Assembly (NCBI GenBank): GCA_963749155.1
Contig: CAVVLO010000004.1
Location: 1-64,000, forward strand
Reading direction: 5' to 3'
DNA length: 64,000 nucleotides
Source: an uncultured Armatimonadia bacterium
GTDB taxonomy: Bacteria > Armatimonadota > Zipacnadia > CAVVLO01
Shown: piece by piece, positions 61,196 to 64,000 of the stretch
How positions within the stretch are numbered: position 1 is the stretch's first letter
Layout: the number at the start of each line of letters is the position of its first letter
The notes under the pieces: model-generated
Databases searched by the model: none
What the model was told of the DNA's origin: nothing
The model's input: the letters and a program-made list of their open reading frames with translations, nothing else
Translations under genes and position numbers: made by a program

Positions 61196-62944
61196 TACCT
61201 ATCAGCTCCCTCGGGCGCGGCGGGCAGGCCAAGCTCCTTGCGAAGTCTTGCCATCCCCCAGCACCACCACGAACACTGCTCACCATTACCCGAATCTTGC
61301 AGATGCCAGGTGTCATCGGGAAAGAGGTTGGCGGCCTCCATATAGAGACTGCCCTCGGGGTGGACGACAGTGAGGAAGTCCATCCACTGCCCGATACGCT
61401 CCCACTCGCCCTCGCGCAGGCACCAGTCGATCTCCCAGCCGACGCCCTTGCCGATGACCTGCGGGGCAACGGAGCCATCAGGCCACCAGTCGTCCGCCAG
61501 CCATATATGACCTTGCCAGTCGCGCAAGGCGCGCTGCCTGAGGGCGGCTACTGTATTGCGCATTACCTCAGCATCAAGCCCCTTCCACTGGGCAGCGACC
61601 GCGCCGAAGTTGAGCCAGCCAAGCCCCTCGAAGGGCACTCCAGCGCCGCTGTCGGGCAGGCGCATCTCCATATACACCTGCTTGCCGTCCACCTCGCGCA
61701 TCAGATACTGGCGGATAGCCCCCTGGAGCGTGGTATAGCGATCGCGCCACTTGCGGGCTCTGGCGGTGTCTCCCCGGCGGTCAGCGATGGGGATAAGCTC
61801 CTCCAGCGCGGCGCTGACAAAACTTTGGGTGAGGATATCCCAGCAGTCCCAGTAACGCCCCTCGCGAGAATGCTCCAGCGCGAAGTTGTGCACCAGCCCA
61901 AGCCCTATCGGAGTGCCCTGATAAAGCATATACGGCGGCTCGACAGTGCGGCTCATAAGCGCGGCGACCAGGGGCCAGGTGCGGTCTTCGAAGGCAGTGG
62001 GCCCGCGCCGGTTCGCCAGGCGCCCCCAGGCCATCAGCACATGGGCCTGACCGTCTAGTCTGATCCCAGTTGGAGAGGATTGGGTAGACTTCCTTTGCCT
62101 CGCTGTGGCGCAGATTGCCAGCGTCAATAGCGAAAGCGGTAGCGTGATCCGGATGGTCGAGGAAGTCTTCTGGCCCCGCTCCCGCATCATGCGCATAGGC
62201 GCCGGCGAGAGGGTGTCGTTTTGCGTTCGGAAGGCCGAACCAGAGGGGCATCCCCTGCCCTGTAAAGCTCAGGCGAAAATCATACCGCTGCCCGCCCTCG
62301 AGCTGCAGAGCCGGTTTTACCTGGAGGCGCGACCAGCCGTTGGAAAGCTTCTGTATGTCGAAGTCTCTCGTATAAATCGGCGCTTCGGTGCGGTCATGGC
62401 GCACTGAAAGGGTCAGCGTGCCGGTGCAACCGGCGACTGCCAGATAAGCTTCAAAGGCTTTGATTGGAGCCTTCGGCGCGATAAAGTACTGGGCCCCATA
62501 ATAACCTTTATCCAGGCGATAAAGCGCGATGGCGAAATCGGGCTGGGCAAGGTCGCCGCCTTCCAGGGGGGCGCGCTGGTTGGCCCGCCGGTCGAAGACA
62601 TGCGGGATACGCGTCATCTCATTATCTTCGGTAGCCTGCAGCACGCAATCAATCAGCCGCTCGCAGGCGTCCAACTCGCCCGTCTCGAGGAAGAGTGAGA
62701 CCAATCCGCCGACAGTCCGGGGGAACATCCCCGCATAGGCGCCGGTAAGCGATTCCTGGAAGAACCCATCGGCCTCGACGCGCTCGAGTAGACTGGTATA
62801 AGTACGCTCGTAGATGCCAGCAATCGGCTCGGAAGTCACTTGTTCAAGCACGATGGCGCGCGCCTCCTTCTCAGTGTCACACCAGACTTGCCCTGTCCCG
62901 AAGAGCAAGCTCAGTGCGAAAACAGCCAGTAGCCTCAGTTTCAA
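61195..62944 (-). CDS. Secreted hypothetical protein, possible six-hairpin glycosidase; apparent frameshift at about 62055
   Basis: AAGGAG RBS, signal peptide, Y.GMFPRT and Q.DGQAH; ORFs 61781..62944 and 61195..62196 join. Confidence 0.5.
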
Positions 62945-62979
62945 AGCGTTACTCCTTGTTTATTCATGTGAAGGTCAGA

Positions 62980-63006
62980 TTTCGCCAGTAAACGTGCCAT
63001 ACCTGC
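62980..63006 (-). promoter_or_regulatory. SigH-like promoter motif GCAGGT-N15-GCGAAA
   Basis: Recurring motif heading the long minus-strand cluster 50483-62944. Confidence 0.5.
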
Positions 63007-63054
63007 GCCAGAGGGAAGTTGGCCGCTGGTGGAGAAGCAGACGGCCAGAAGAAG

Positions 63055-64000
63055 GTGAGTATTTTGAGCAAGACACTCTGGCTTTTCATACTGCTGGTTA
63101 TCTCGTCCTTTGCTCAGGCGGCTTTTGAGACGCGTCAGACCCTCCTGGTGAGCCAGGTGCCCGTTGTCAGCGTGAGCGAAGCGCCCGAGGGCGTCTCCGA
63201 CCATAACTGGGTCGTCGGCAACGTCGCCAACGGCGTCTGGGGCTCAGGGGCTGGTTACCCCGACCAGCAGTGGATGGCCAGGCATATCTCGGAGACCGGC
63301 TGATGACATCTGGTGCAGGCTGGACTTCGGCAAAGCCTATACGCTGGAACAGATACGCCTGGGCAATAGCTGGCTTGGCTCTTTCGTCCACCTCAAGGAC
63401 GTCGTGCTGGAGTTCGAAGACGGCACGCGCATCCCGCTGACGCTGGCCCAGCACCGGGATCCTCAGACCTTCAGCTTCCCCCGGGTGACCAGCTCGTGGG
63501 TGAAGGTGCATCTCGTCTCTCACTACGGTGATGGGCTGGGGATAGATGTGAACAGCGGAGGCCTGGCCGAGGTCGAGTGCTACGGCCTCGTGCCCGGGAG
63601 GGCGGAACGCGGCACAGCGGCGCAATTTTACCCCGCAAAAATTGGCAACTTGACCACCTGGCTGGTCGCACCTGGCCTCTCCGAGGCGGACAAGCCGCAA
63701 TTTTACCCCGTAGAAAACGAAGTCGCGCCCCAGCCTGCAGGTCACTGGAGCCTGCTGGTCAGCGCGAGCCCTGACGTCCATCTCGAGGGCGGCCAGGGGG
63801 GCCTTGCCTTCTGCAGCCTGCGCGCCAAGGCGCCGGTACGCTGCAAGCTGGCGCTCGAAGGCGCGCGACTCGTTTCGGTAAACGGCCGGGCGCCGGGCGA
63901 GAGCTTCCTGGTGGGGCCTCGCCACTGGACTGAACTGCTGGTCGAGGTTGGAAGCCCCTCCTTCACCGCGAAATTGCTGGATGAGGCAGGCAATCCCGCC
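63055..64000 (+). CDS. Secreted protein with discoidin/F5-8-like domain, frameshifted and truncated at the window edge
   Basis: Signal peptide in ORF 63019..63303; an alternative frame continues DDIWCRLDFGKAYTLEQIRL...QTFSFPRVTSSWVKVH...GGLAEVECYG. Confidence 0.45.

Noticed and set aside
63621..63710. Direct repeat CGCAATTTTACCCCG (two copies, 75 nt apart) as a CRISPR remnant or att site
   Set aside because: Only two 15-nt copies, no cas or integrase gene, and located in an apparently low-quality stretch near the window edge.
1..64000. tRNA, rRNA, CRISPR arrays, transposases, prophage or defence genes
   Set aside because: None was recognised on either strand.

Overview
GC-rich bacterial chromosomal window, probably from an anaerobic polysaccharide degrader (inferred from gene content; the taxon cannot be determined from sequence alone). 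Most of it encodes secreted or periplasmic glycoside-hydrolase-like proteins (GH78, GH51-like, GH36, GH32-like, GH13-like, GH9, GH120, GH141-like, two GH99/WbsX-like, DUF4838, DUF5722, DUF4832). It also carries three Cys-type sulfatases with an anaerobic sulfatase maturase, an orphan glycyl radical enzyme, two URO-D/MtaA-family proteins, a DUF1638-hydantoinase fusion and ruvCAB. About 15 genes are broken by apparent small indels, which most likely reflects uncorrected long-read errors rather than pseudogenisation. The most interesting element is at 29.8-30.9 kb. There an unannotated 32-codon Tyr/Phe/Trp-rich leader peptide with a complete terminator/antiterminator attenuator controls a degenerate tryptophanyl-tRNA synthetase paralog. 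That paralog has lost HIGH and KMSKS but keeps a four-Cys cluster motif in its anticodon-type domain. It is transcribed divergently from an RNase HI-like protein with an eroded active site that precedes ruvCAB. A recurring RVAGGD-N15-NCGAAN (SigH-like) promoter motif precedes about ten transcription units. All family assignments come from motif recognition by eye; no searches were run.
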